Part shown: piece after piece, positions 10,985-20,023 of the stretch | Position numbering within the stretch: the first letter of the stretch is position 1 | How the letters are laid out: each line of letters begins with the position of its first letter | NCBI GenBank assembly: GCA_046091725.1 | Contig: JBJTCG010000103.1 | Span: 1,210 to 65,209, forward strand | Direction of reading: 5' to 3' | Source of the DNA: Flavobacteriales bacterium | GTDB lineage: Bacteria > Bacteroidota > Bacteroidia > Flavobacteriales_D > Crocinitomicaceae | DNA: 64,000 nt | The notes under the pieces: model-generated | The model's input: the letters and a program-made list of their open reading frames with translations, nothing else | Databases searched by the model: none | What the model was told of the DNA's origin: nothing | Made by a program: the position numbers and the translations under genes

Positions 10985-12190
10985 ATGATCCCATTTTCTC
11001 CACCTAGAATTGACCAAGCTGTCATTGATGAAGTATCGGCTGCTTTGAAAAGTGGCTGGATTACCACAGGCCCGAGAACCAAACAATTTGAAAAAGAAAT
11101 CACGGCCTATTGTGATGCCAAAACAACCATCGCAGTTAGTTCCTGGACGACCGGCATGGAGGTTTTATTGCGCTGGTGGGGTGTTGGTCCGGGGGACGAA
11201 GTCATCGTTCCTGTATATACCTATTGCGCAAGTGCCAATGTAGTCATACACACCGGCGCAACTGTTGTGTTTGTCGATATCAATGCGCAAGATTTTAATT
11301 TAGCACTTTCTGAAGTTGCTCAAAAAATTACGTCGCGAACAAAAGTAATCATGCCTGTAGATCTCGGGGGGCTACCCTGCGATTACCAAGAATTGTATCG
11401 CCTCATTGAAGAAAAACGAGATTTATTTCAGCCAAATAGCCCTGAACAAGAGCGTTTGGGAAGAATATTATTGGCTGCCGATGCCGCGCATAGTTTTGGG
11501 GCATTCTACAACGGGCAAAAAGTAGGTGCACTTGCCGATGTGACCGTTTTTTCATTTCATGCCGTTAAAAACCTTACTACTGCTGAAGGAGGAGCCATCA
11601 GTTTCAATTTACCTGAAAATTTTGACCACGACGAAATCTATAAACTTTTTAATATCAAAATATTGCACGGCCAATCGAAAGACGCTTTGGCTAAAACGCA
11701 GAAAGGGGCTTGGCGCTACGATGTTCTTGAACCTGGTTTCAAATGCAACATGACAGATATTCAGGCAGCAATTGGTTTAATAGAACTGGCGCGTTATCAA
11801 GAAAATTTAGACCGTAGAAAAACTATTTTTTCGCAATATGATGCCGCATTCAAAAAATTCAAATGGGCGCTTACTCCAAACTATATGGATCAAAATAGAA
11901 CGAGCTCATATCACCTTTACCAATTGAGGATTTTAGATATTAGCGAAGCACAACGCGATGCAATTATCCAAGAAATCTTTGAACATGATGTTGCTGTAAA
12001 TGTACATTTTCAACCGCTACCCTTGTTAAGTGCTTACAAGAATTTAGGCTATCAAATAGAAGATTTTCCGCAAGCCTATAGCAACTACGCTTCTGAAATT
12101 TCGTTACCGGTTTATTACGACCTCAATGATCAACAAGTCCAAACCGTAATTGCCGCAGTTGTGGCTTCAGTTGAAAAAGTATTGGGTTAA
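10985..12190 (+). CDS. DegT/DnrJ/EryC1/StrS family sugar aminotransferase (PLP-dependent)
   Basis: MIPFSPPRIDQ start, a VIVPVYTYCASAN segment, and the PLP-lysine context FSFHAVKNLTTAEGG. Confidence 0.9.
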   Translation: MIPFSPPRIDQAVIDEVSAALKSGWITTGPRTKQFEKEITAYCDAKTTIAVSSWTTGMEVLLRWWGVGPGDEVIVPVYTYCASANVVIHTGATVVFVDINAQDFNLALSEVAQKITSRTKVIMPVDLGGLPCDYQELYRLIEEKRDLFQPNSPEQERLGRILLAADAAHSFGAFYNGQKVGALADVTVFSFHAVKNLTTAEGGAISFNLPENFDHDEIYKLFNIKILHGQSKDALAKTQKGAWRYDVLEPGFKCNMTDIQAAIGLIELARYQENLDRRKTIFSQYDAAFKKFKWALTPNYMDQNRTSSYHLYQLRILDISEAQRDAIIQEIFEHDVAVNVHFQPLPLLSAYKNLGYQIEDFPQAYSNYASEISLPVYYDLNDQQVQTVIAAVVASVEKVLG

Positions 12191-12211
12191 ATAATTACCA
12201 AATTCATCGAA

Positions 12212-12919
12212 ATGAAAAGTCTACTCTTACTTGTTACCACCCTCCTCGTTTCCTTTTTTTACAATGCTCAAGATTGGCCAATAAAAGGAACCAAAGATTG
12301 GCCGAGTACCAAAGATTTCAATGACACCTGTGATGTCATTCCTTTAGGTGTTGATTTCGGATTGTGTGCAATGTATCTTGGTTGGGCTCTGACAGATTCT
12401 GGATGCGTAGTGTTATCTGGCTGCGGTTGGATTGGCAGCGATGGAGTTGATTACACCAGTTCTTTTTTTAGTTCTTCATACCAATGTAATAGTGCTTGCA
12501 TACAAGATACTTTGGTCACGCTTGGTTGTATAGATTCTAATTTAATAGATCCAAGTATTTTTTGCCCAGACGTAATATACCCTGTTTGTGGTTGTGATTC
12601 AATTACGTATCAAAATGGTTGTATTGCTCTGAATTATTTCGGAGTGAGTTCATTTTACGATGGGGAATGTGTCACAAGTAACGCATCGCAAAAAGCTGAG
12701 TCAGTGATTCAAGTATTTCCTAACCCAAATGATGGAAAATTCAATATGACGTCAATGCCGATTGGATCGCTTGTGCGTTTTTACAATGTCTACGGCCAAA
12801 TTGTTGAAGTATTGCGTTTGGAATCAAGTTCAGTGAATATGGACCTAAGCCATTTGCCAAGAGGCTATTATTTTTTCACAATCAATGACGGTTTGCGTCA
12901 AAAATTACTGATAGAATAA
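12212..12919 (+). CDS. Secreted cysteine-rich protein with a Kazal-like module and a T9SS C-terminal sorting domain
   Basis: The protein has a signal peptide and two 6-Cys modules. The second module is C-x7-PVCG-x-DS-ITY-x-N-x-C. The C-terminal tail VFPNPNDGKF...LPRGYYFFTI matches the Por secretion tail pattern. Confidence 0.7.
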   Translation: MKSLLLLVTTLLVSFFYNAQDWPIKGTKDWPSTKDFNDTCDVIPLGVDFGLCAMYLGWALTDSGCVVLSGCGWIGSDGVDYTSSFFSSSYQCNSACIQDTLVTLGCIDSNLIDPSIFCPDVIYPVCGCDSITYQNGCIALNYFGVSSFYDGECVTSNASQKAESVIQVFPNPNDGKFNMTSMPIGSLVRFYNVYGQIVEVLRLESSSVNMDLSHLPRGYYFFTINDGLRQKLLIE

Positions 12920-13008
12920 ACAAAGAATTAAAATGCGGTCAGCATTTCAGGATTTTTACTGAATGAAACTGGGGTGCTAATGAAGAACTTTGAGGCAAAT
13001 TCAAGCCC

Positions 13009-14535
13009 ATGTTCATTAAAACCTACTCTAGCGCCGTCTTTGGCATCAGTGCCACCACCATTCAAGTTGAAGTCAACATCGATATCGGTATCAACTTTCA
13101 TTTAGTTGGTTTGCCTGACGTAGCTGTGCGCGAAAGCCATCAGCGCATTAAAGCAGCCTTCAAAAACAACAAATTACATTTTCCTGGCAAAGAAGTCACC
13201 ATCAATATGTCGCCTGCAGACATTAGAAAAGAGGGTTCTGTCTACGATCTTCCTATTGCTATCGGAATTTTAGCCGTCACCGATCAAGTTAAAACAAGTA
13301 AATTACATGAGTTTCTTCTTTTAGGCGAATTATCTCTTGATGGTACCATTCAAAAAACAAGAGGTGTTCTAGCAATTGCTTTGCAAGCAAAGGCAGAAGG
13401 TTTTAAAGGGCTCATTGTCCCCGCTGAAAATGCAGCAGAAGCAGCCATTGTAAGTGGATTGGAAATTTATGGCGTTCATAACATCCGAGACGTCATGCTC
13501 ATTTTAAATGGGAAAAAGAACCAGCTACAAATCGCTACCATTCGAATGGAAGATATTCAACAAGAGCGGCAGCACACACACCCAGATTTCTCGGATGTAA
13601 AAGGTCAGCTTCACGTTAAAAGAGCTTTTGAAATCGCTGCTGCTGGTGGGCACAACCTCATTCTAATTGGCCCCCCAGGTGCAGGTAAATCAATGATGGC
13701 CAAGCGGCTTTCAGGTATTTTGCCTCCTATGTCGCTTGATGAAGCGCTCGAAACAACGAAAATTCATAGTGTAGCAGGTAAAAATCGTCAAACTGGCATT
13801 GTTTCACAACGGCCTTTTAGAAAGCCACACCACACCATATCTGATGTTGGTCTGATTGGAGGTGGCGCTTATCCTCAGCCGGGTGAAATTTCTTTAGCTC
13901 ATAATGGCGTACTATTTTTAGATGAGTTACCTGAATACAAAAGACACGTATTAGAGGTTTTGCGACAACCCCTTGAAGACCGAGAGGTGAATATTTCACG
14001 CGCACGCTTTTCCATTGATTTTCCGGCCAACTTTATGCTTGTTGCCGCCATGAATCCTTGTCCTTGTGGCTTTCATAATCATCCAGAAAAAACATGCAGC
14101 TGCCACCCAAATGCCATACAACGTTACCTCCAACGCATTTCTGGCCCCTTGCTTGACCGGATTGATATGCATGTTGAAGTTAGTCCGGTAAAGCATCAAG
14201 AACTAAATATCATACAAGCCTCCGAAAGCACACAACAAATCAGAGCACGTGTGATTGACGCTCGAAATTTACAAACAGACCGTTACAAAGAAACACCGGA
14301 AATATACGCCAATGCCATGATGTCCCGAAAAAACGTGGTTCAATTTTGTCAACTCGACGAAGCAGGTACACAACTGATTCAAGTTGCCATGAAAAAATTA
14401 GGATTGTCAGCCCGGGCCTATGATCGCATTTTAAAGGTTGCCAGAACAATCGCCGACCTCGATCACGAACCAAAAATATTGGTCAAACACCTCAGTGAAG
14501 CCATTCAATATAGAAATTTAGACCGGAGTAGTTGA
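13009..14535 (+). CDS. comM: YifB/ComM family Mg-chelatase-like AAA+ ATPase
   Basis: N-terminal Lon-like domain (KTYSSAVFGISATTIQVEV), Walker A motif GPPGAGKSM, and the C-terminal Mg_chelatase_C region. The gene is uninterrupted. Confidence 0.9.
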   Translation: MFIKTYSSAVFGISATTIQVEVNIDIGINFHLVGLPDVAVRESHQRIKAAFKNNKLHFPGKEVTINMSPADIRKEGSVYDLPIAIGILAVTDQVKTSKLHEFLLLGELSLDGTIQKTRGVLAIALQAKAEGFKGLIVPAENAAEAAIVSGLEIYGVHNIRDVMLILNGKKNQLQIATIRMEDIQQERQHTHPDFSDVKGQLHVKRAFEIAAAGGHNLILIGPPGAGKSMMAKRLSGILPPMSLDEALETTKIHSVAGKNRQTGIVSQRPFRKPHHTISDVGLIGGGAYPQPGEISLAHNGVLFLDELPEYKRHVLEVLRQPLEDREVNISRARFSIDFPANFMLVAAMNPCPCGFHNHPEKTCSCHPNAIQRYLQRISGPLLDRIDMHVEVSPVKHQELNIIQASESTQQIRARVIDARNLQTDRYKETPEIYANAMMSRKNVVQFCQLDEAGTQLIQVAMKKLGLSARAYDRILKVARTIADLDHEPKILVKHLSEAIQYRNLDRSS

Positions 14536-14575
14536 TTTATTACGAGATTTGTAAAAGGTCATTATAATTTAATCA

Positions 14576-15709
14576 GTGATTCATTTGCAAAACAAGGATT
14601 ACATTCCCGGTATTGATGGACTCAGAGCAATAGCCGCAATGGCTGTTTTACTGAGTCACGCCACAGGCAATTGGGGTATTTTTGAACTTGGCTGGATAGG
14701 TGTTGACCTATTTTTTGTGATTTCTGGGTTCCTTATCACAAAAATTTTAATCGAAAACCGAGGTTCTTCTGGTTATTTCAAGACTTTCTATTACCGAAGG
14801 GCGCTCAGAATTATTCCGATATACGCAATTGTAGTAATTCCGTTGGTTTGTTTTCATTTATGGAGAAATCAAGTGCCATTTTATGTTCCCCTGTCATATC
14901 TTATTTACCTTCAAAATAGTTTCGCTATCGATTATGGTTGGCTTCCTGGTCTTGCACACACTTGGACACTTGCTATTGAAGAACAATTCTATCTATTCTT
15001 TCCAATTGTCATCTATTTGCTTCGACCAAGATTCTTGTTGGCAACTTTTGTCAGTGCTATTTTTTTTATCATCGGCCTGAGATTTTTCTTCTATTTCGCA
15101 AATTTTTATACCTACTATCAAGGTGTTTTTACAATTTCAAGATTAGATAGCTTCTTAATGGGAGGGCTAGTTGCCATTATTGCTTATTACCAAATCGTTC
15201 AATCAATTCAGCTTAAAAATCTAATTTTTAACTCAATTATTGTTTTCTCCTTGTCATTGCTACTGATCCAAATCTACAAGTATGGACAAAATACAACAGG
15301 TTTCTTTCATCAAATGATGTTGGGTATCCATCAATTCAAATTTAAATCCAATTTAATCAGTCCCTATGGACAATTAAAATACAGTTTATTGGCATTACTA
15401 TTTGCTGCACTACTTGCAAAAGTTGTCTTTCAAAGTTCCGCTTTTACTCAAAAAATGATACATCAACTTGAACGACCACTTATAAAGGAAATTGGGCAAA
15501 TGAGTTATGGGTTATATCTCTATCATTACATTTATGTAAGTCTTTTTAGATGGTTTTTTGACATCGATCAGGCACCTCCTCTTTACAGGATTTTTCTCAT
15601 TTTTGTTATCATAATTGCAAGCTACATTACAGCCCGATTTTCTTATTTTAGGATTGAAAAACCCTTCTTGAAAAAGAGACCAACATATAAGTATACAAGT
15701 GGGGAATGA
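14576..15709 (+). CDS. Acyltransferase family 3 membrane protein (OafA/YrhL-like O-acyltransferase)
   Basis: GTG start. N-terminus IPGIDGLRAIAAMAVLLSH and about 10 TM helices. Confidence 0.85.
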   Translation: MIHLQNKDYIPGIDGLRAIAAMAVLLSHATGNWGIFELGWIGVDLFFVISGFLITKILIENRGSSGYFKTFYYRRALRIIPIYAIVVIPLVCFHLWRNQVPFYVPLSYLIYLQNSFAIDYGWLPGLAHTWTLAIEEQFYLFFPIVIYLLRPRFLLATFVSAIFFIIGLRFFFYFANFYTYYQGVFTISRLDSFLMGGLVAIIAYYQIVQSIQLKNLIFNSIIVFSLSLLLIQIYKYGQNTTGFFHQMMLGIHQFKFKSNLISPYGQLKYSLLALLFAALLAKVVFQSSAFTQKMIHQLERPLIKEIGQMSYGLYLYHYIYVSLFRWFFDIDQAPPLYRIFLIFVIIIASYITARFSYFRIEKPFLKKRPTYKYTSGE

Positions 15710-15762
15710 ACCCTTTATTTTTCAAAACATTTCGTTATCTTCGGGAACTCTTATTCGGACCA

Positions 15763-18099
15763 ATGATAAAACATCTATTTCTATCCTTATTTATACTAAT
15801 TTGTGCCACTGCAACCGCCCAAGACTATACCATCCGCGGTTTTTTGCACGACGCATCAAACGGAGAGCCTATTTCCGATGAGCGCATTAAATTACTTCGT
15901 CAAGATAGCACACCTGTTGCTGTAGGGTATACCAATCTTGCCGGTTTTTTTTCTATCCCAAAATTAGAGGTGGGTTCCTTCATTTTGAAGGTAGAAAAAG
16001 GTAAATACGAACGTTCTTTCATGAACGTTGAGATCACTCCTGCAAAGAAAATTTATGACATAGGCTCTTGGAATCTTAACCTTAACTCATTACAAGTCAA
16101 AGACATCAGAGTAACCGGCGAGGCTAAAAACAAGCGACAACAAATTGGCATGTCTGAGGTCAAAATGGACAAGCAAACTGTTGAGAAAATTCCAATGTAT
16201 GGTGCTGAAAGCGATGTAGTTGGTGCACTCAGTGTAACACCGGGTGTGGTAACCACCGGTGACCAAGGTGGGCAATTATATGTACGTGGAGGTACGCCCA
16301 TTCAAAACAAAACGTTACTCGATGGCATGACCATCTATAATCCATTTCACTCTATAGGCTTCTATTCCATATTTGAAACAGAATTAGTCAAATCTGTAGA
16401 TATTTACACGGGTGGTTTTGAGTCCAAATATGGTGGTCGTATTTCTTCAGTTATGGACATCACCTACCGTGACGGAAACCGCAGTAAATTTGGAGGTAAA
16501 ATTTCTGCCTCACCTTTCATGGCAAAGGCAGTATTGGAAGGGCCACTCGGAAAACGCAACCGCGACGGCTTAGCAGCGGGCTCTTACATGTTTACTGCAA
16601 AACACTCTTTACTAGATTACACCAGTAAATCGTTGTACCCTAGTATCAACGACGGCAACGGATTGCCGTTTAATTTTACCGACTTATATGGAAAAGTAAC
16701 ATTTAACGGTGAAGGAGGCTCCAAATTCAGTGCTTTTGGCTTCAATAACCGTGACTCAGTTAATTATTCTGTGGCTGACCTTAACTGGAATGCTTCTGGC
16801 GGTGGCATTAATTTTACACTCGTACCAAGTAGTTCACCAATTTTCATCAGAGGGCATGTCAATGGCAGTAATTATGAAACTACTTTTCAAGAAACTAGCC
16901 AAGAACCACGTTACTCCAAAATTGGAGGTTTCGACCTCGGTTTTGACTTCACCTTCTTTCAGAAAAACGAAAGCGAACTCAACTACGGATTCAACCTAAG
17001 TGGATTCAACACCCAATTCGTTACCTACAACGAACTCGCCAGAAAAATAGAAGCAAATAATTTCACGACAGAAATTGGCACCTATGTCAATTACAGACTA
17101 GTTACACCGAGATGGGTTTATCAAACAGGTTTGCGCATGCAAGTCTATGCTTCTTTAAACACTGTTTCAATAGAACCTCGTATTGGGGCTAAATTCAACG
17201 CTACAGATCGCTTGCGTTTTAAATTTTCAGGTGGGCGCTTTTCTCAGAACTTTACCTCTGCGTCCTCAGACAAAGACATCGTCAATTTATTCAACGGATT
17301 GCTTTCTGCTCCTACGAATGTTCAAGATCAATTTATCAACGAATACCAGCAAGTTAGTACCATAAAAAACGGTTTGCAATATGCTTGGCATGCTATAGCT
17401 GGATTCGAATATGACTTGAACAAATTTTGGAATGTCAACATTGAAGGGTATTACAAATATTTTGACCAACTCAGCAATATCAACCCGAATAAATTGTATG
17501 CCGATATCGCTCAATTTGAACTCATTGATGATGTTTTCAAAAAGGATTTCATCATCGAATCTGGGCAATCATTTGGGGTAGATGCCTTATTTAAATACAC
17601 AAAAAATAGAGTATTTATCTGGGCAGTTTATTCTTGGGGCTACAATACCCGTTGGGACGGTTTCAATAATTACTTCCCTGTATTTGATCGTCGCCACAAC
17701 CTCAACTTGGTGGCATCATATGCTTTTGGCGAAAAGAAAAACACAGAAGTAAATGTACGCTGGAACCTAGGCTCTGGATTGCCATTTACACCTACCGCAG
17801 GTTATTATCAACTAGAAAATTTCAGTGAAGGGCTTACCACAGACTACGTTACCAATAATCCAAATACCATTGCCACGATGCTCGGGACCTTCAATTCTCA
17901 GCGCCTGCCCTACTACCATCGCCTAGACATTACCGTAAAACATACAATCACAACAAAAGCTAAGAATAACATTGAATTGGTTGCCGGCGTTACAAATGCT
18001 TACAATCGCAACAATATTTTCTACGTCAACCGCATTACCAATCAAAAGATTTATCAGTTCCCGATTTTACCAAGTATCGGAATGAGTTATAAATTTTAA
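15763..18099 (+). CDS. TonB-dependent outer-membrane receptor with N-terminal CarboxypepD_reg-like domain
   Basis: Signal peptide MIKHLFLSLFILICATATAQ, a plug region (GGQLYVRGGTPIQNKTLLDGMTIYNPFH), and a terminal beta-strand ending YKF. An alternative ATG at 15706 overlaps the upstream stop. No susD-like partner follows. Confidence 0.8.
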   Translation: MIKHLFLSLFILICATATAQDYTIRGFLHDASNGEPISDERIKLLRQDSTPVAVGYTNLAGFFSIPKLEVGSFILKVEKGKYERSFMNVEITPAKKIYDIGSWNLNLNSLQVKDIRVTGEAKNKRQQIGMSEVKMDKQTVEKIPMYGAESDVVGALSVTPGVVTTGDQGGQLYVRGGTPIQNKTLLDGMTIYNPFHSIGFYSIFETELVKSVDIYTGGFESKYGGRISSVMDITYRDGNRSKFGGKISASPFMAKAVLEGPLGKRNRDGLAAGSYMFTAKHSLLDYTSKSLYPSINDGNGLPFNFTDLYGKVTFNGEGGSKFSAFGFNNRDSVNYSVADLNWNASGGGINFTLVPSSSPIFIRGHVNGSNYETTFQETSQEPRYSKIGGFDLGFDFTFFQKNESELNYGFNLSGFNTQFVTYNELARKIEANNFTTEIGTYVNYRLVTPRWVYQTGLRMQVYASLNTVSIEPRIGAKFNATDRLRFKFSGGRFSQNFTSASSDKDIVNLFNGLLSAPTNVQDQFINEYQQVSTIKNGLQYAWHAIAGFEYDLNKFWNVNIEGYYKYFDQLSNINPNKLYADIAQFELIDDVFKKDFIIESGQSFGVDALFKYTKNRVFIWAVYSWGYNTRWDGFNNYFPVFDRRHNLNLVASYAFGEKKNTEVNVRWNLGSGLPFTPTAGYYQLENFSEGLTTDYVTNNPNTIATMLGTFNSQRLPYYHRLDITVKHTITTKAKNNIELVAGVTNAYNRNNIFYVNRITNQKIYQFPILPSIGMSYKF

Positions 18100-18102
18100 T
18101 GT

Positions 18103-19338
18103 ATGGCAAAAATAAGGGCTTTTAAAGCCATTCGACCTGTCAGAGATAAGGTGCACTTGGTTGCAACTCGACCTTATTATTCGTACAAAAAAAATGTGCT
18201 CAAAGCCAAACTTGAGGATAACCCCTTTACCTTTTTACATATCATCAATCCAGAATTTGGTGCGAGCGTCAGGACTAAACCCAATTCTATTGATAGATTT
18301 CGTCAAGTGCGCCAAAAATTTGAGTTATTCAAAGAGAAAGGTATCCTGATCGAAGATGATCAAGCCCATGTTTATATTTACAGACAGAGCAATAAGAACC
18401 ACAGTTTCACAGGTTTTTTTGCTGGTGTTAGCGTTGAAGACTATCTCGATGGTAAAATAAAGATCCACGAAGAAACTTTAACAGCCCGTGAAGACATCTT
18501 CACCAAGTACTTGGAAATCGTTGGTTTTAACGCTGAACCTGTATTAATGACCTACGAGAACCGCCCTTCAATTCAGCATTACCTCACCCAATATACAGCA
18601 ACCAGAGCTGAATACGAATTCACTACAACAGACCGCATTAAGCATGAAGTTTGGCTCATGAATTCAGAGGACTCAGCGGCAGTTTGTGCTGCATTTGAAG
18701 AAATAGATGCGCTTTACATTGCCGACGGACACCACCGCTCGGCATCTTCTGTTCGATATGCCCAAAAGCTTCAGCAAAACAATGGAAATATCCCTACTGC
18801 AGCTGCTTTTTTCTTGAGCTACCTCGTCGATGAAAAAACAGTACATATAGCTCCATTTCATCGCTTGCTTAAATCGACAAATGGCCTCGATTTAGCTGAA
18901 TTTAAAGCTATATTGGCAAATGAAGGATCCATAGAAGAGCTTGACCATGCGTGTGCGCCGTCGAACCGACATGAAATTCATATTTACATGGAGAAAACTT
19001 GGTTAAAGTTTAAACCAAATTTGAATTTTATCAATGACCAAGACCCTGTAGAAACACTAGATTCTTTTATATTATCAGACCTCATCCTAAAGCCTATTTT
19101 TGGCATTACTGATCTCAAGACGACTGACCAAATTACCTTTGTTCCGGGAAATGAGCCGATAGAAAAAATGGTAGAGGCCGTCGATCTTCATAAACAAGAA
19201 GTTGCATTTTTGCTTTATCCTGCAAGTATGTCCGAAGTCAAAAAAGTTGCTGATGCTGGGCTCAACATGCCGCCAAAATCAACTTGGGTAGAACCTAAAC
19301 TTCGGAGTGGTCTTACCATTTACTCGTTAGAAAAATGA
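18103..19338 (+). CDS. DUF1015 family protein
   Basis: The N-terminus IRAFKAIRP...LVATRPYYSY and the internal YIADGHHRSAS motif are typical of DUF1015. Confidence 0.75.
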   Translation: MAKIRAFKAIRPVRDKVHLVATRPYYSYKKNVLKAKLEDNPFTFLHIINPEFGASVRTKPNSIDRFRQVRQKFELFKEKGILIEDDQAHVYIYRQSNKNHSFTGFFAGVSVEDYLDGKIKIHEETLTAREDIFTKYLEIVGFNAEPVLMTYENRPSIQHYLTQYTATRAEYEFTTTDRIKHEVWLMNSEDSAAVCAAFEEIDALYIADGHHRSASSVRYAQKLQQNNGNIPTAAAFFLSYLVDEKTVHIAPFHRLLKSTNGLDLAEFKAILANEGSIEELDHACAPSNRHEIHIYMEKTWLKFKPNLNFINDQDPVETLDSFILSDLILKPIFGITDLKTTDQITFVPGNEPIEKMVEAVDLHKQEVAFLLYPASMSEVKKVADAGLNMPPKSTWVEPKLRSGLTIYSLEK

Positions 19339-19994
19339 TCGCTGAAAAACTACATGCCGTTCAAACTGGTCTTCCGAAAAACGTTTGCCTCATTGCAGTT
19401 TCAAAAACCAAACCGGTTGCGGCTATCCAAGAAGCTTATGATGCCGGACAACGAGACTTCGGTGAAAATAAAGTTCAGGAATTAGTTGAAAAACAAGCCG
19501 AACTTCCTAAAGATATTCGATGGCATTTGATTGGTCACTTGCAAACCAATAAAGTGAAATATGCCGCTGGTTTTGTACACTTGATTCATGCCGTTGACAG
19601 CCTTAAACTTTTAATAGAAATAGACAAACAAGCTAAAAAGCACGCCCGAGTTCAAAAAGTGTTGTTACAATTTTACATTGCTCAGGAAGAAAGTAAATTT
19701 GGGCTTGAACTTGAAGAAGCATTTGAACTTTTAGAAAGCAATGCCTACCAAGAACTCCGAAACATTGAAATTTGCGGTGTTATGGGGATGGCAAGTTTTA
19801 CAAATGATGCGCAACAAATACGCAAAGAATTTGAAAGTTTGCGTCAAATATTTTTGACGCTCAAAGAAAAATATTTTCAAACGCAAGATTCATTTGAAGA
19901 GTTATCTATGGGCATGAGCGGAGACTACCAATTAGCCATTGAAGCCGGAAGTACTATGATCAGGGTTGGAAGCTCTATTTTTGGAGGGCGCTGA
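19335..19994 (+). CDS. yggS: YggS family pyridoxal-phosphate-binding homeostasis protein
   Basis: LIAVSKTKP (PLP lysine), a HLIGHLQTNKV motif and a C-terminal RVGSSIFG motif. Confidence 0.9.
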   Translation: MIAEKLHAVQTGLPKNVCLIAVSKTKPVAAIQEAYDAGQRDFGENKVQELVEKQAELPKDIRWHLIGHLQTNKVKYAAGFVHLIHAVDSLKLLIEIDKQAKKHARVQKVLLQFYIAQEESKFGLELEEAFELLESNAYQELRNIEICGVMGMASFTNDAQQIRKEFESLRQIFLTLKEKYFQTQDSFEELSMGMSGDYQLAIEAGSTMIRVGSSIFGGR

Positions 19995-20023
19995 TTTCGA
20001 AAGGCTGTTTATCAATCATGAAT

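Noticed and set aside
13009-14535. comM as a possible genomic-island integration site. Separately, tRNA-His (30661-30738) as an integration hotspot.
   Set aside because: comM is a single intact 508-aa ORF. No integrase, transposase, direct repeat of the tRNA 3' end, or foreign-looking gene block flanks either locus.
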